DNA from: Neoconidiobolus thromboides FSU 785
Lineage: Eukaryota; Fungi; Entomophthoromycota
DNA length: 52,029 nt
Direction: 5' to 3'
Assembly (NCBI GenBank): GCA_025603075.1
Contig: MU626398.1
Span: 1 to 52,029, forward strand
In this document: one piece after another, positions 23,856 through 34,549 of the stretch
Layout of the letters: each line of letters starts with the position of its first letter
Position numbering within the stretch: the stretch's first letter is position 1
Made by a program: the position numbers and the translations under genes
The notes under the pieces: generated by a model
Told to the model about the DNA's origin: nothing
What the model saw: the letters and a program-made list of their open reading frames with translations, nothing else
Database searches by the model: none

Positions 23856-24563
23856 ATGTTCAAAAAAAAGAAGGCTCCCAAAGATATAGATGCTATTCTA
23901 CTCAGCTACCAGGACTCTGTAATCCGTTCTGTGGATCTCGCTAGCTTATCCACTAACTCCTGGATAACTGATTCCATCATCCATTTCTATTACACATATC
24001 TAGAAGCTACTTCACCAAGTCCTGAGATTTCCCTTCTCTCACCTAGTATAATTCATTTGTTTTTAATGTTAAATCGTAACCATACCTCCCATGAAGAATT
24101 GATAACTATTCTACCAAGGAGTCTTGTAACTTGTAATTTTTTATTTTTACCTATTAATAATCATCGACAAATAACTACAGGGGGTACCCATTGGTCTTTA
24201 TTAATCTATTCTAAATTAGATGAATGCTTTTTTTATTATGATTCTTTGAGAGATTCCAACTATCATTATGCAAAAGAAGTAGCTAGTTATATTATCAAGT
24301 TATTAAATGTCAAATTATGTAAAATCAGATGTATGAATACGCCTCAACAATGGAATGGTAGTGATTGTGGAGTTTTTCTATTGATTTTAAGTGAAATATT
24401 GTATTTTAGACTAAGACAAGTAATATTGGAAGGTTTATTAATTAATCCAGGATTGTGGTCTGTAGATAATGGAATTATTTTAAATCCTACTGGACAAAGA
24501 GAAAGGATTAAAGGATTGATTTATCATTTGATGGAAAATAAAAATAATCCAAAAGGCCAATAA
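23856..24563 (+). CDS. SENP8: NEDD8-specific protease SENP8/NEDP1 (Ulp1-family cysteine protease)
   Basis: LLSYQDSVIRSVDLASL...WITDSIIHFYY; FLPINN...GGTHWSLL; FFYYDS; PQQWNGSDCGVF (His/Asp/Cys triad). Confidence 0.92.
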   Translation: MFKKKKAPKDIDAILLSYQDSVIRSVDLASLSTNSWITDSIIHFYYTYLEATSPSPEISLLSPSIIHLFLMLNRNHTSHEELITILPRSLVTCNFLFLPINNHRQITTGGTHWSLLIYSKLDECFFYYDSLRDSNYHYAKEVASYIIKLLNVKLCKIRCMNTPQQWNGSDCGVFLLILSEILYFRLRQVILEGLLINPGLWSVDNGIILNPTGQRERIKGLIYHLMENKNNPKGQ

Positions 24564-24642
24564 AAAATAAAAAATAGAAAAATATCCAAATAATAAAATA
24601 TAGCCAACATTCTATTCTTTTTTATTTCTTGAATATCTTTTT

Positions 24643-24951
24643 TTACCATTGAGCCTTTTGTACTCCTGGTAAGTCTCCGCGTAAAGCATTTAAACGAAAT
24701 TGAAATCGACACATTTTAAAATCAGATAAAATACCTCTGCCTTTACCAGTTTCAACACATCGATTTTTTATATTAGTTAAACGTGCAGGGCGAGCAATAG
24801 AATTTAAAGCTAATTGAGCTTGATATCTTAATTTCAAGCTATTTTCTTCATTTCTTGTAATATACTTAAAACTTTGTCTTAAAATCTCATAACTAGCAGT
24901 TAATTGTCGGTTACGTAAATCGCGGATAACGCGCACATTGAGATGTTGCAT
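24643..24951 (-). CDS. MRP2: Mitochondrial ribosomal protein uS14
   Basis: VIRDLRNRQL...RYQAQLALN...IKNRCVETGKGRGILSDFKMCRFQFR...GDLPGVQKAQW*. Confidence 0.95.
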   Translation of the reverse strand: MQHLNVRVIRDLRNRQLTASYEILRQSFKYITRNEENSLKLRYQAQLALNSIARPARLTNIKNRCVETGKGRGILSDFKMCRFQFRLNALRGDLPGVQKAQW

Positions 24952-25072
24952 GGTGACCCTTTTTTATTTATTGGGAAATTAAATAAAATTTGAAAATTGA
25001 AATTGAAAATTTAGATAAAAATGGGATTTGTTTTTTATTTTAAAAATTGAAAAATTGGCCAATCAAGTATAG

Positions 25073-26585
25073 TTACTCTTTCAGTAATAATTCTTTTTGA
25101 TAAAGATAATAATTTTTACGTAGTTTATCAATATTTAATAATTGATTTAAATAATTATTAATTGATAATTGAATCTTTTGATTATTTATCTTACATAATT
25201 GTTGATAGTGTTGGTACAATAACAAATAACTATTCAATGGCCCTAAAATAAAAAGGAAATTATCATTGTTATTGATTGAATTTAATAAAATAAAAATACT
25301 TACATCTAGCTTCTGGTTCTAATTCAATTAGTTCAATTAATTGATTTAACTCATTTTCAACTATTGGAATTAATTTAACTGATAACTTATTATTTTCACT
25401 ATAATCAATATGCTTAATTATAAATTGATTAAATTGATGTTGATTTTTAATATTATTTAACTGTAATTCATAATCAATATTTTGATATTGATTGTTAACA
25501 AGATTCTTGTTTTCAAATGTTATATCTTTAAAGGCAATTTGAATGCTGATTTTATTAAATTGATTAATATCTTTTATATTTAATAATGGCAATTTCCAAT
25601 AATTTGAATATTCTTTAACAATAATGTTATTATTATACTTTACCCAGTTCTCTGTTGTTAACTGGAGCTTTTCATGATTAATAAAAACCATTGGAATACT
25701 CTCAAATTTCATATTAAAATTACATCTTAGATAAATAAACCACTGATTTTGATTTAATACTAAATATACATTTAATTTAACTTTTTTATTTTCCTCTGAT
25801 AATTCATCCATTAAATTGAAGTAATAAATAAAACTACTTTGATCTTCAGGATCCGTATAAAATGCATTTTTAACTAATTTCAATTCATTATCCATTTTCA
25901 TTATCTCTTTAATTTTATTCTTATCTTCTTCATTCACTTCTCCTTCTTTAATTGCTATATCTTCAACTTTCTTTTTTAATTGAATTCTATAATGCCATGC
26001 ACTAGCATTCGAAAATGAGGCCTTTATCTTTTCTCCAGTAAATTTCCATTCTTCTAACAATAATTCCACTTTATCTTTCTTTTCTTTCATCAAATGTAAC
26101 AACTTGGCTACTATTCTTAACCTATAATTCCAACCATGGAAATTTCTAGCATCTTTATTTAACATGAAATTAATTAATTGTAATTCTTTAAAATAATTTT
26201 TATATGTGTTTAAAGTGTCTAAAATATAACTTCGATGATTCCATATCCAATAAGTTTTGGGGCGTAATTGAAAACAATCTTGAGTTAATTTGAGTTCTTC
26301 CATAGAATTAACTAGATTCTTGGGGATGGATCGACGATCGTTCCATAAGGTATAATAATCTGGGTTTTTTAAGAGGAGCTGGCTATTGAGTAAGAGAAAC
26401 TTTTCCACTGTTGATGGTTCCAATTCTTTATTACAAGAGATTGGGAACAACTGCTGTTTTATTAATTCATAGTTATCAAGCTCTAATTGATAAGAATGAA
26501 TTTTTTTTTCTTCTGATTTTTTTATGGCTGTTAATTCAGCATCTGTATAAGTTACTTTCTTTTGGCCGTGTAAACCGTATGACAT
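25073..26585 (-). CDS. BET4: Rab geranylgeranyltransferase alpha subunit (2 exons)
   Basis: PPTA repeats NPDYYTLWNDRR, PKTYWIWNHR, DARNFHGWNYR, FSNASAWHYR, AFYTDPEDQSSFIY. The intron 25303-25243 joins to ...ARWPL...LLNIDKLRKNYY...*. Confidence 0.92.
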
Positions 26586-26778
26586 TGTCGATTGACCTTA
26601 TAAAATGAGTTTATAAAAATTAAAAAATGAGTTTAGTTATGACTTTAAATTTAACTAGTAATTAGAACCAATAAGATCTTTGATAGATATTCAATTTTTT
26701 ATTAATTAATCAAAAAAATCAAAAATCAAAAATTCATATATAAAATATAATTTATTTAACAACTATCATAAAATAACT

Positions 26779-29700
26779 TTACTCCCCATAAACAATTTGA
26801 TTCATTGTCTTTTTAGCAAATTCACTTCTAGGCTGAACTCCATTTGTCCAAAGTTTTGTTTGATATCTAGCTGTTACAATTAAAATATCTAAACCATCCA
26901 CAACTTGAATGTTATCTCCATATTGATTCTCTACTTTACTTGTTTTTCCTTCTGAATATTTAGCATAAGCTAATTTAACTAAAATACCTTTATTTTCTTT
27001 AAACACTTGTTTTAAAAAGGATTCATTAACGACCTGACTATCACCAGGTAAAGTGTCTACTATAGTAACAATATTATGATTATCTTGTTGGATTAATTCG
27101 TCCAATTTCTTTTGTCCAATAATTGAAACAAATTTCAAATTTTCATCCACTTCCTTTCTTAATTCTTCTACTCTTTCTAGGCTACGATTGTATACAAAAA
27201 TAGTTTCAAAATTCAATTGATTTAAAGCATAAATAGCTGCTCTTGAAGTACCACCAGCACCTAAGATAATGGCTGATTTCTTTTTTGTTAAGGCATTAAT
27301 TTCCAATAATTTTTCACTTAATAAATCATGAATTCCTAACCAATCAGTATTATAGCCTTTTAGCTTACCATTTTGTCTAATTACTGTATTAACTGCTCCA
27401 AGGCTTTTTGCAATTGGACATAATTCATCTAAATAAGGAATAATTTGTACTTTGAATGGGATAGTAACACAAGAACCACCAAAATTATCTTGTTTTAAGA
27501 TATTATTGACTTTTTCAATATCATCTGTTTGATGACGATGTAATTCATGTGGATAACCTAAACTCTGAAATACAGCAGTATGAAATTGGGGTGTAGGTGA
27601 GCTGGAAATTGGATTACCAAATAAGTAATATTCTTTTTTAGTTAAACTACCGAGTTGATATTGTGTATTTAATATTTCTTTAGAACTTAATTGACCTGGT
27701 GCAGCTTTTGAACTAAGTTTGGGATGAGTTACCGGGGTAAGATAGGGATTTAATACACGTGTAATTTTACCCTTCTCTCCCATATTAATAGCAATTAAAG
27801 GAGTTGTATTTGACTTATTATTATAATATTCATTTAAAAAAGTTAATAATTTTAAATTGTATTGGTGATCTTTTGCAGTTGAAATTAATTTAACAATATC
27901 ACCATAACTTTGCCCCTTTTTGATTAAATCCGTTACTGCAGTAGTATCCCATTCTAAATTACCTGAAAGATCATGATAGGATGCTAATATCAAACTATTA
28001 CGTTTGTTTTGTTGAATAGATTGATGAATTTGATTATTGAAATTTAATTGCAAATCAATTACTTCACATCCTAATCTTAATCCTAATTCTGATAATTCTA
28101 ATAACTGATTTACAGGTAAATCATCTGGTAAAGAGCCACCTTCATTAATTGTACGTAAAGTATAGATTATTGGATAATCAATCAATTCATATTTTAACAA
28201 ACTAATTTGTTGAATAATATAATCTTTAGCTAATTGGAATTCATTAGTACTATTTAAATCCTTATCTTTAATTAATTGATCTACTCGTATTTCAACTGCA
28301 TGACTGCCTTCTGCAATTTCTTTAAGATCCGTCAATACTTCTTTAACATTGGAATTATTGATACAAACAAAAAATGAGTTGGAATTTTTATTAATGTTTT
28401 TAACTGGATTTTCTATTTTACCTTGTAAGAATTGAATAAATTTAGTGAATTGATTCTTAACTAATTGAAAATGTAATTGTTGACTATTGTTATTGACTTC
28501 TTCTTTTGAAATAGAAACAAATTCATGACTACTACATTGTTGATAATAAGGTAATCTTCTTAAATAAACATCTTTAATTGATTCTTCATTAGAATAGTTA
28601 GGTCTGGTACTATCCACATTTAAATAAGTTTCAATATCATTAATATCTCTCTTTAAAAATAATACCAATCCACCCTTCTTTTTATATTCCAATAACAATT
28701 GACGATTCTCTTCTAGTTCCACAATACCGCCACCACAAGAAATAACTGTATTTTTACTATATTTATTAAAACTATCTTTTACTAATTGGGCTTCTAATTG
28801 ACGAAATTCTTCCCATCCTTTTTCAGCTACTAATTGTTTGACTGGTACTTTGTATACTTTTTCAAATTCATAGTCTAAATCTAAAAATTGATAGCCTAAA
28901 TCATCTGCTAAATATTCTCCTAAGGTGGTTTTACCCACTCCACGCATACCAATTAAAATTATACTTTTATTTATATCTACTTGATTAGAATGAATATCAT
29001 GATGAGGCTGAATATCATACCCTGATAATGGTACATTTAATAAATGTCTTAATACATCCCACCATCCTGGATATGTTTTTTCAATACATCTTTTTTCTTT
29101 AATTATAGTACCTGGTACTTGTGTACCAATTAATGAAAAGGACATAGCAACACGATGGTCATCATAGCAATCAATGCCATCAACAGGTAATTTTAAATCA
29201 CTTAATTTAGTACCATAAATAGAAATACCATCTTCTAATTCTTCACAATAAACACCAAATTTAGCTAATTCTGTTACCATAGCTAATATACGATTACACT
29301 CTTTTACTCTTTGATTAGCAATACCTGTAATGTTTGTTATAAATTTATCAGTTGATTGATCGGTTGGATGTTTGGTAGCAACAGCAGCTAATACTGAGGC
29401 AGTCAAAAAAGCATCCGTCATAGGCTCCATATCGATTTGAGGTAAACAAATCAAATTTCCTGGGGCTGGCCCCTTTACTGTAGTTGTCATTGAAGTTTGG
29501 GTTACTTCACAGCCCATAGGTTTTAATACATTTAAGGCAAACTGAGCATCTCCCTGTAATGAATCATAGCCTAAATTATTTACTTTAACAGTAGTACCAG
29601 TGATAGCAGCTAAGGATAATGGATAAGTGGCTGAGCTGGCATCTCCTTCAACTAAATAAGTTGATGGATTGATATATTTTGAACTTGGGATAAAATATTC

Positions 29701-31605
29701 ATTAGTGGATTTACGTTCAACATTCACACCAAATTGTTTCATCATAGAAATAGTCATATCAATATAAGGTTGAGATATAACATGACCACCAACTAACTTT
29801 AAGGTTACTCCTTCTTTTGTATAAGGGGAGGATAGCAATATAGAAGATACATATTGAGAAGATATATCAGCAGCTAATTCAATGACCCCTCCTTTTAAAC
29901 CTGAGTTTTTACCAGAAGACTCAAATTTCAATGGAAGACAACCTTCTCCTTCTAAATAATTAATTTGACAACCATTGTCTCTTAATGCATTAACTAATGG
30001 TCCAATTGGTCTTTGTTTCATACGTTCATTACCAGTTAGTATAATAGAACCTTCATCTGCTTTTACTGAAGCACAAATAGTAGTAAGGAATCGAACTGCT
30101 GTACCAGCATTGCCTAAATAAATAGGTTGGTTAGGTACTTTAAAATTAGCTGGACCACCACAACCATGAATAACTAAATTTTCTCCACCATCTTGAAATT
30201 CATATTGTACATTTCCTAATAATCTTAAAGCTTCTAACATGACTTGGGTATCATCCGAATGTAGTAATCCACTTAATTTGATTGTTCCTTCACCTAAAGC
30301 AGCTAATAATAAAGCTCGATTGGAGATGGATTTAGAGCCAGGTACACTAACTTCGCTATATTGTTGACTATCTAAGGTTTCTTTTAGATTTATTTGTATA
30401 CCATAAGACATGGCACGAATTAATTCTTCATCATTAACGAATTCTGGATAGGGATTAGTGGTACCTCCTATTTCTTTTAATAAAACAATTCTCTTTTTAC
30501 CAGCTACATTCTTTTTATCTAACTTAATAATATTCATTAATTTTTCAACATTTAATTGTCTCTGAGAATCACTTAATTTATTTTTTAATATTGAATCATA
30601 AACTGATATTGGCAAATTATATAATTTTAATACTCTACTTAATCTAGCAATAGTAACTTGGTTAATATGCCCTAATGAACGAGCAACTTCAGCTTCTTGG
30701 ATCATACCAATAGAAACACATTCACCATGTAGAAGTGATGGAGATAATATAGCTTCGATGGCATGCCCAATCGAATGACCAAAATTTAGTAAACCTCTCA
30801 AACCACTTTCTTTTTCATCTTCAGTTACTACAAAGGCTTTAAAACGAATAGAACTTAACACTACCTTTTCCAATGCTAATCTGTCCACTTCGTTTACATT
30901 TTCTTTATCTACTACTAACCTTTGAATACTTTCAAACTGCTTTTCTAATCGATTAAATTCTTCTGCATCCGCAATAGCAGCTGTCTTAATGACTTCTGCC
31001 ATTCCATTAAAAAATTCTCTTTTAGGTAATGTTTGTAAATATTTTAAATCCACATATACCCTTAATGGTTGCCAAAAACTACCAATTAAATTTTTACCTG
31101 AAGGCACATCAATAGCTGTTTTTCCACCAATGGAAGAATCGACCATAGCTAATAATGAAGTAGGTAAATGGACTACTGGTACACCTCTCATAAAAGTAGA
31201 TGCCACATAACCTACTAAATCTCCAATAACACCACCACCGAGCCCAAGGAGTAATGTATCTCTGGTACATCCAATACTGAAGAGATAATCTTCGATTTCT
31301 GCTTTATATTTTCTACTCTTACTTTGTTCACCAGGGGATATAATATATTCATAAACCTTAATACCTTTTGGGGATAAGCTATTGCTAAGTTCAGCCTTCA
31401 ATTCAGTTAAATGTAATTCTTTCAAATGAGTATCGGTGATAATGACCAATTTACTGAATTTGGAAATAGTAGGCAATTCATTGGCAATATGGTTGGTAAT
31501 ATTATAACCTAAATGAATACTATCTTTTCCTAGAATAGATACCTTTGTTAAGTTGTTTTGTTTGACGATTGGAGCCAATTGAGTATTTGAAATGGGACTT
31601 AGCAT
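26779..31605 (-). CDS. ARO1: Pentafunctional AROM polypeptide (DHQ synthase, EPSP synthase, shikimate kinase, type I DHQase, shikimate dehydrogenase)
   Basis: Intronless 1608 aa: GGGVIGDLVGY, MVDSSIGGKTA, PGSKSISNRA, RVKECNR, CYDDHRVAMSF, GMRGVGKTT, EIRVD/ASYHD/IVKL, VTIPFK/GYNTDW/GAGGTSRA. Confidence 0.98.
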   Translation of the reverse strand: MLSPISNTQLAPIVKQNNLTKVSILGKDSIHLGYNITNHIANELPTISKFSKLVIITDTHLKELHLTELKAELSNSLSPKGIKVYEYIISPGEQSKSRKYKAEIEDYLFSIGCTRDTLLLGLGGGVIGDLVGYVASTFMRGVPVVHLPTSLLAMVDSSIGGKTAIDVPSGKNLIGSFWQPLRVYVDLKYLQTLPKREFFNGMAEVIKTAAIADAEEFNRLEKQFESIQRLVVDKENVNEVDRLALEKVVLSSIRFKAFVVTEDEKESGLRGLLNFGHSIGHAIEAILSPSLLHGECVSIGMIQEAEVARSLGHINQVTIARLSRVLKLYNLPISVYDSILKNKLSDSQRQLNVEKLMNIIKLDKKNVAGKKRIVLLKEIGGTTNPYPEFVNDEELIRAMSYGIQINLKETLDSQQYSEVSVPGSKSISNRALLLAALGEGTIKLSGLLHSDDTQVMLEALRLLGNVQYEFQDGGENLVIHGCGGPANFKVPNQPIYLGNAGTAVRFLTTICASVKADEGSIILTGNERMKQRPIGPLVNALRDNGCQINYLEGEGCLPLKFESSGKNSGLKGGVIELAADISSQYVSSILLSSPYTKEGVTLKLVGGHVISQPYIDMTISMMKQFGVNVERKSTNEYFIPSSKYINPSTYLVEGDASSATYPLSLAAITGTTVKVNNLGYDSLQGDAQFALNVLKPMGCEVTQTSMTTTVKGPAPGNLICLPQIDMEPMTDAFLTASVLAAVATKHPTDQSTDKFITNITGIANQRVKECNRILAMVTELAKFGVYCEELEDGISIYGTKLSDLKLPVDGIDCYDDHRVAMSFSLIGTQVPGTIIKEKRCIEKTYPGWWDVLRHLLNVPLSGYDIQPHHDIHSNQVDINKSIILIGMRGVGKTTLGEYLADDLGYQFLDLDYEFEKVYKVPVKQLVAEKGWEEFRQLEAQLVKDSFNKYSKNTVISCGGGIVELEENRQLLLEYKKKGGLVLFLKRDINDIETYLNVDSTRPNYSNEESIKDVYLRRLPYYQQCSSHEFVSISKEEVNNNSQQLHFQLVKNQFTKFIQFLQGKIENPVKNINKNSNSFFVCINNSNVKEVLTDLKEIAEGSHAVEIRVDQLIKDKDLNSTNEFQLAKDYIIQQISLLKYELIDYPIIYTLRTINEGGSLPDDLPVNQLLELSELGLRLGCEVIDLQLNFNNQIHQSIQQNKRNSLILASYHDLSGNLEWDTTAVTDLIKKGQSYGDIVKLISTAKDHQYNLKLLTFLNEYYNNKSNTTPLIAINMGEKGKITRVLNPYLTPVTHPKLSSKAAPGQLSSKEILNTQYQLGSLTKKEYYLFGNPISSSPTPQFHTAVFQSLGYPHELHRHQTDDIEKVNNILKQDNFGGSCVTIPFKVQIIPYLDELCPIAKSLGAVNTVIRQNGKLKGYNTDWLGIHDLLSEKLLEINALTKKKSAIILGAGGTSRAAIYALNQLNFETIFVYNRSLERVEELRKEVDENLKFVSIIGQKKLDELIQQDNHNIVTIVDTLPGDSQVVNESFLKQVFKENKGILVKLAYAKYSEGKTSKVENQYGDNIQVVDGLDILIVTARYQTKLWTNGVQPRSEFAKKTMNQIVYGE

Positions 31606-33171
31606 ATTGATAAGTTGATAATGATATAAATAATTGAGGTTATTTTATTTTATTTGTTATTGTATAAATGTGTATAGCTTAATAATCGTCTTTTTTAAAT
31701 AGTCAATAATGACAATTTTGATAAAAAATAATAGGTGAAAAATGATTGCATTTTATAATTTTATAATTTTCTTTTATAGGTGACGAGTTATGAGTAATCG
31801 TTTATTTTTTTAATGTTAAGATTATTGGCTTATGTGAGAATTGTTAGTTTAGCCTTATCTTTAAATTAATTGTTTAAATATGCCGATAAGTGTAGTATAT
31901 TATATTACATTGTATTCTATAAGGTTATATATTATAATTACAATGAAGATTTAGCCTTAACAATTGGATTAAATAATTTTTAATATAATGTTTTTTTTGA
32001 AATCGTTGTTTTTTTTCCATTTAGCCTTATTTTAATACAACAAATGGATAGTATTAGAATACTCAATTAGCTTAGGGAAGTGCTGGATGTAAACTTTTAG
32101 TGGTTTTAAGCGAATTAAAGTTATTGATAAAAGGATGAATTAAGATGGTTGAAAGTTGATAGTATGTTATTATAATAAATAAATATCCTTATAATAACAA
32201 GAAAGTGAACTCTGAGCCATTTATAAAAGAGTTTATTTCTTATTTTAGTAAATTTAATAAAAGGTTAAATATTCGTCTTTTTTGTAATGAGACAAAAGTA
32301 AATGTTAAAGCACTAATAAATGATTGTTGTACGATTGGCTTATTTTTACAATACACTAACTTATTTTATCAATTTTAATAATAAGTATAATAATCGATTT
32401 GGTTAGACATATATCTTATTTACCTCGTATGCCGATTTTAATCTGTATAGCCATTATATCATCATTCTTGTTATTTTAAGTCAAGTTCTGTTGATACAAT
32501 CTCTAATCTCAAACTTTATCACTTCTTAAAGTTGTATCCTCAACTTTTTTTATAAGTATTATAGGCTAAATCTGATATTATAAAAGCTAAATTAAACGAT
32601 TAAATAATGGTTAATAGTTTAGATAAACTAGGATGTCTCAAAAAGATGTTTGATGCGTGGAGACTTCCAGAGGTAAGAAGATTAAAGAAACGCTTTTTAT
32701 GAAAGTGTTTTGATGATTCGATATAGGTTTACATAGGAACTGCTATAAAAGGTAGGTTTTTTTCTTTGTGACGATGATCAAAGATTGTAGAATATATTTG
32801 ATAATGGTCATGCTTTAACCTGCTAATAATGCTACTTTATGATATTATCAATACATTTTCATTTGAGTAAAAAAAATTGTGACGTTAAGTAATAGATAGT
32901 TGAATCATTAATATTAATAAAAACATCCAAAATGTTAACATTGGTCAACTAAAGATAGTTTAATATAAAATTAATAAACCCATGCCATTCAAATTTTAGT
33001 AAAACAATATAATATTATAACTAGCTATTGAGTAGCAATAATTAATTTTATTAATATGAAAATATTAGAGTAGTTGCTAAAACGAAATAGATAGTCTAAA
33101 CAGGTTTTTCATAGCATTGATTTTTTGGAAGTTATTAGCAGTGAGGATATAGATATGTAATATTAAGATAT

Positions 33172-33269
33172 GGGGATGTATTTTTTGTGTTTAAGAGCTT
33201 TCTAATAATTTTTCCGCTCAAATAGTGCTTAAAAGATGGAAGAAGTAATGAAGTCAAGGAAACATCACC
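33172..33269 (+). mobile_element. MITE-like element, copy 8 (TSD ATAT)
   Basis: ATAT|GGGGATGTATTTTTTGTG...CCGCTCAAATAGTGCTT...AAACATCACC|ATAT. Confidence 0.87.
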
Positions 33270-33657
33270 ATATTTTTATCTCAAAATGTTTTCATTTTTT
33301 AATATACATGTTGTTTTTAATATCAAAGGGAGTCGAAAGAGTTAATAACCTACCAAAATACTTTCAACTGACAAATAAAAGTAATTTGAATAACTTAACC
33401 TGAAATAACAAATATTTTTGTAGTTTAATTTTTTTAAAGTTTTATATCACGCATAAGTTGTATTTACTAAAGCTTGATAACTATGCTAAACTCTTATCTA
33501 ATGTAAGATATTTATATTAGGGTATTACAAATCAATCAAAATAGCATAACTATAACTTAAATAAAAACTATATATAAAAAATATTACAATATAAGTAAAA
33601 GCTGATTTAGAAAAGTTAGTAATTTATTTAAAAAAAGCTAATTTTATTATCTCTATT

Positions 33658-33749
33658 GAGGATGTATTTTTAAGAATTTTACTAACAAATTTTCCACTCA
33701 AATAGCGCTTAAAAAACGGAAAAATAATGAAACCAAAAAAAACATCTCG
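33658..33749 (+). mobile_element. MITE-like element, copy 9 (in tandem with copy 10)
   Basis: GAGGATGTATTTTT...CCACTCAAATAGCGCTT...AAACATCTCG|ATAT; the ATAT at 33750-33753 is shared with the next copy. Confidence 0.85.
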
Positions 33750-33753
33750 ATAT

Positions 33754-33851
33754 GGGGATGTATTTTTGTATTTAAGAATTTTACTGACAATTTTTCCACA
33801 TAAATAGCGCTTAAAAAATGGAAAAATAATGAAACTAAAAAAAACAGCCCC
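33754..33851 (+). mobile_element. MITE-like element, copy 10 (TSD ATAT)
   Basis: ATAT|GGGGATGTATTTTTG...AAATAGCGCTT...AAACAGCCCC|ATAT. Confidence 0.88.
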
Positions 33852-34230
33852 ATATCTAGATTTATTATTATCTAGTGAGGAATCAGTACTTAGTGATTAG
33901 AGTCAAAAGCAGTTCTTACTTGATTGGGTAGCCGTAAGTTGAAAGCTCTTGATTTATGTGACTAAGGTAGACTTGAGTTATGAAGAATAGCATGTAATAT
34001 GCTACAGATTATGTAAGACAAATATAATGGATAATACTACTGTAAAATCTACATAAAATGCTAATAGAAAGATTTAATGAGTTTATTAAAGGTGTAATAT
34101 CAAAGAATAAATCAACTAAAAAGCCTCGAGCTATTATGGTGAAGAATCCCTTTTATACTCTACCAAGTATGGATGTCAAAATGAGAGGATAATATCCTTC
34201 GGAATTACATGGCAGAAATTCTCATATCAA

Positions 34231-34313
34231 ATCAAAACAAAAGGCTCGAGATTGATTGTGCCTGGACTCGAGAACACAACGACTTAAGTGATTGTTATGT
34301 TATAGTCAATCAT
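34231..34313. repeat. Dispersed repeat, copy 2; partner at 1-83
   Basis: About 87% identical to 1-83 by manual alignment. Confidence 0.85.
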
Positions 34314-34348
34314 AAAGTTGACAAAGCGATATTTCACAACTTATATAC

Positions 34349-34446
34349 AAAGGTGTTTTTTTGGTTTCATTACTCTTTTTATTTTTTAAGTATTATTTAA
34401 ATAGAAAGATTATTAATAAGATCATTAAATAAAAAAATACATCTTC
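34349..34446 (-). mobile_element. MITE-like element, copy 11 (heavily decayed, head-to-head with copy 12)
   Basis: AAAGGTGTTTTTTTGGTTTCATTAC...AAGTATTATTTAAATAGAAAGATTATTAATAAG...AAAATACATCTTC is colinear with copy 5, with many G>A/C>T changes. Confidence 0.75.
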
Positions 34447-34450
34447 ATGT

Positions 34451-34549
34451 GGGGATGTATTTTTGTGTTTAAGAATTTTACTAACAAATTTTCCGCTTAA
34501 ATAGTGCTTAAAAAATGGAAAAAATAATGAAGTCAAAAAAAACACTCCC
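34451..34549 (+). mobile_element. ~99-bp MITE-like element, copy 12 (TSD ATGT)
   Basis: ATGT|GGGGATGTATTTTTGTG...CCGCTTAAATAGTGCTT...AAACACTCCC|ATGT (34447-34450 and 34550-34553). Confidence 0.9.

Noticed and set aside
25073-26585. Idea of a functional cluster linking RabGGTase alpha with TBCK, or ARO1 with ACC1
   Set aside because: Unrelated housekeeping genes intervene or surround them and I found no shared motif; proximity alone is not evidence.
32620-32830. GC-richer patch (KLGCLKKMFDAWRLPEVRRLKKRFL*) in the ARO1-ACC1 intergenic region
   Set aside because: Short, stop-ridden and without an identifiable motif; may be TE debris but cannot be supported.
228-34549. Reading the ~99-bp repeats as a CRISPR array, tRNA-derived SINEs or Tc1/mariner MITEs
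   Set aside because: They are dispersed, not regularly spaced, have no A/B boxes or poly(A) tail, and the duplicated AAGT and ATGT flanks are incompatible with a TA TSD.
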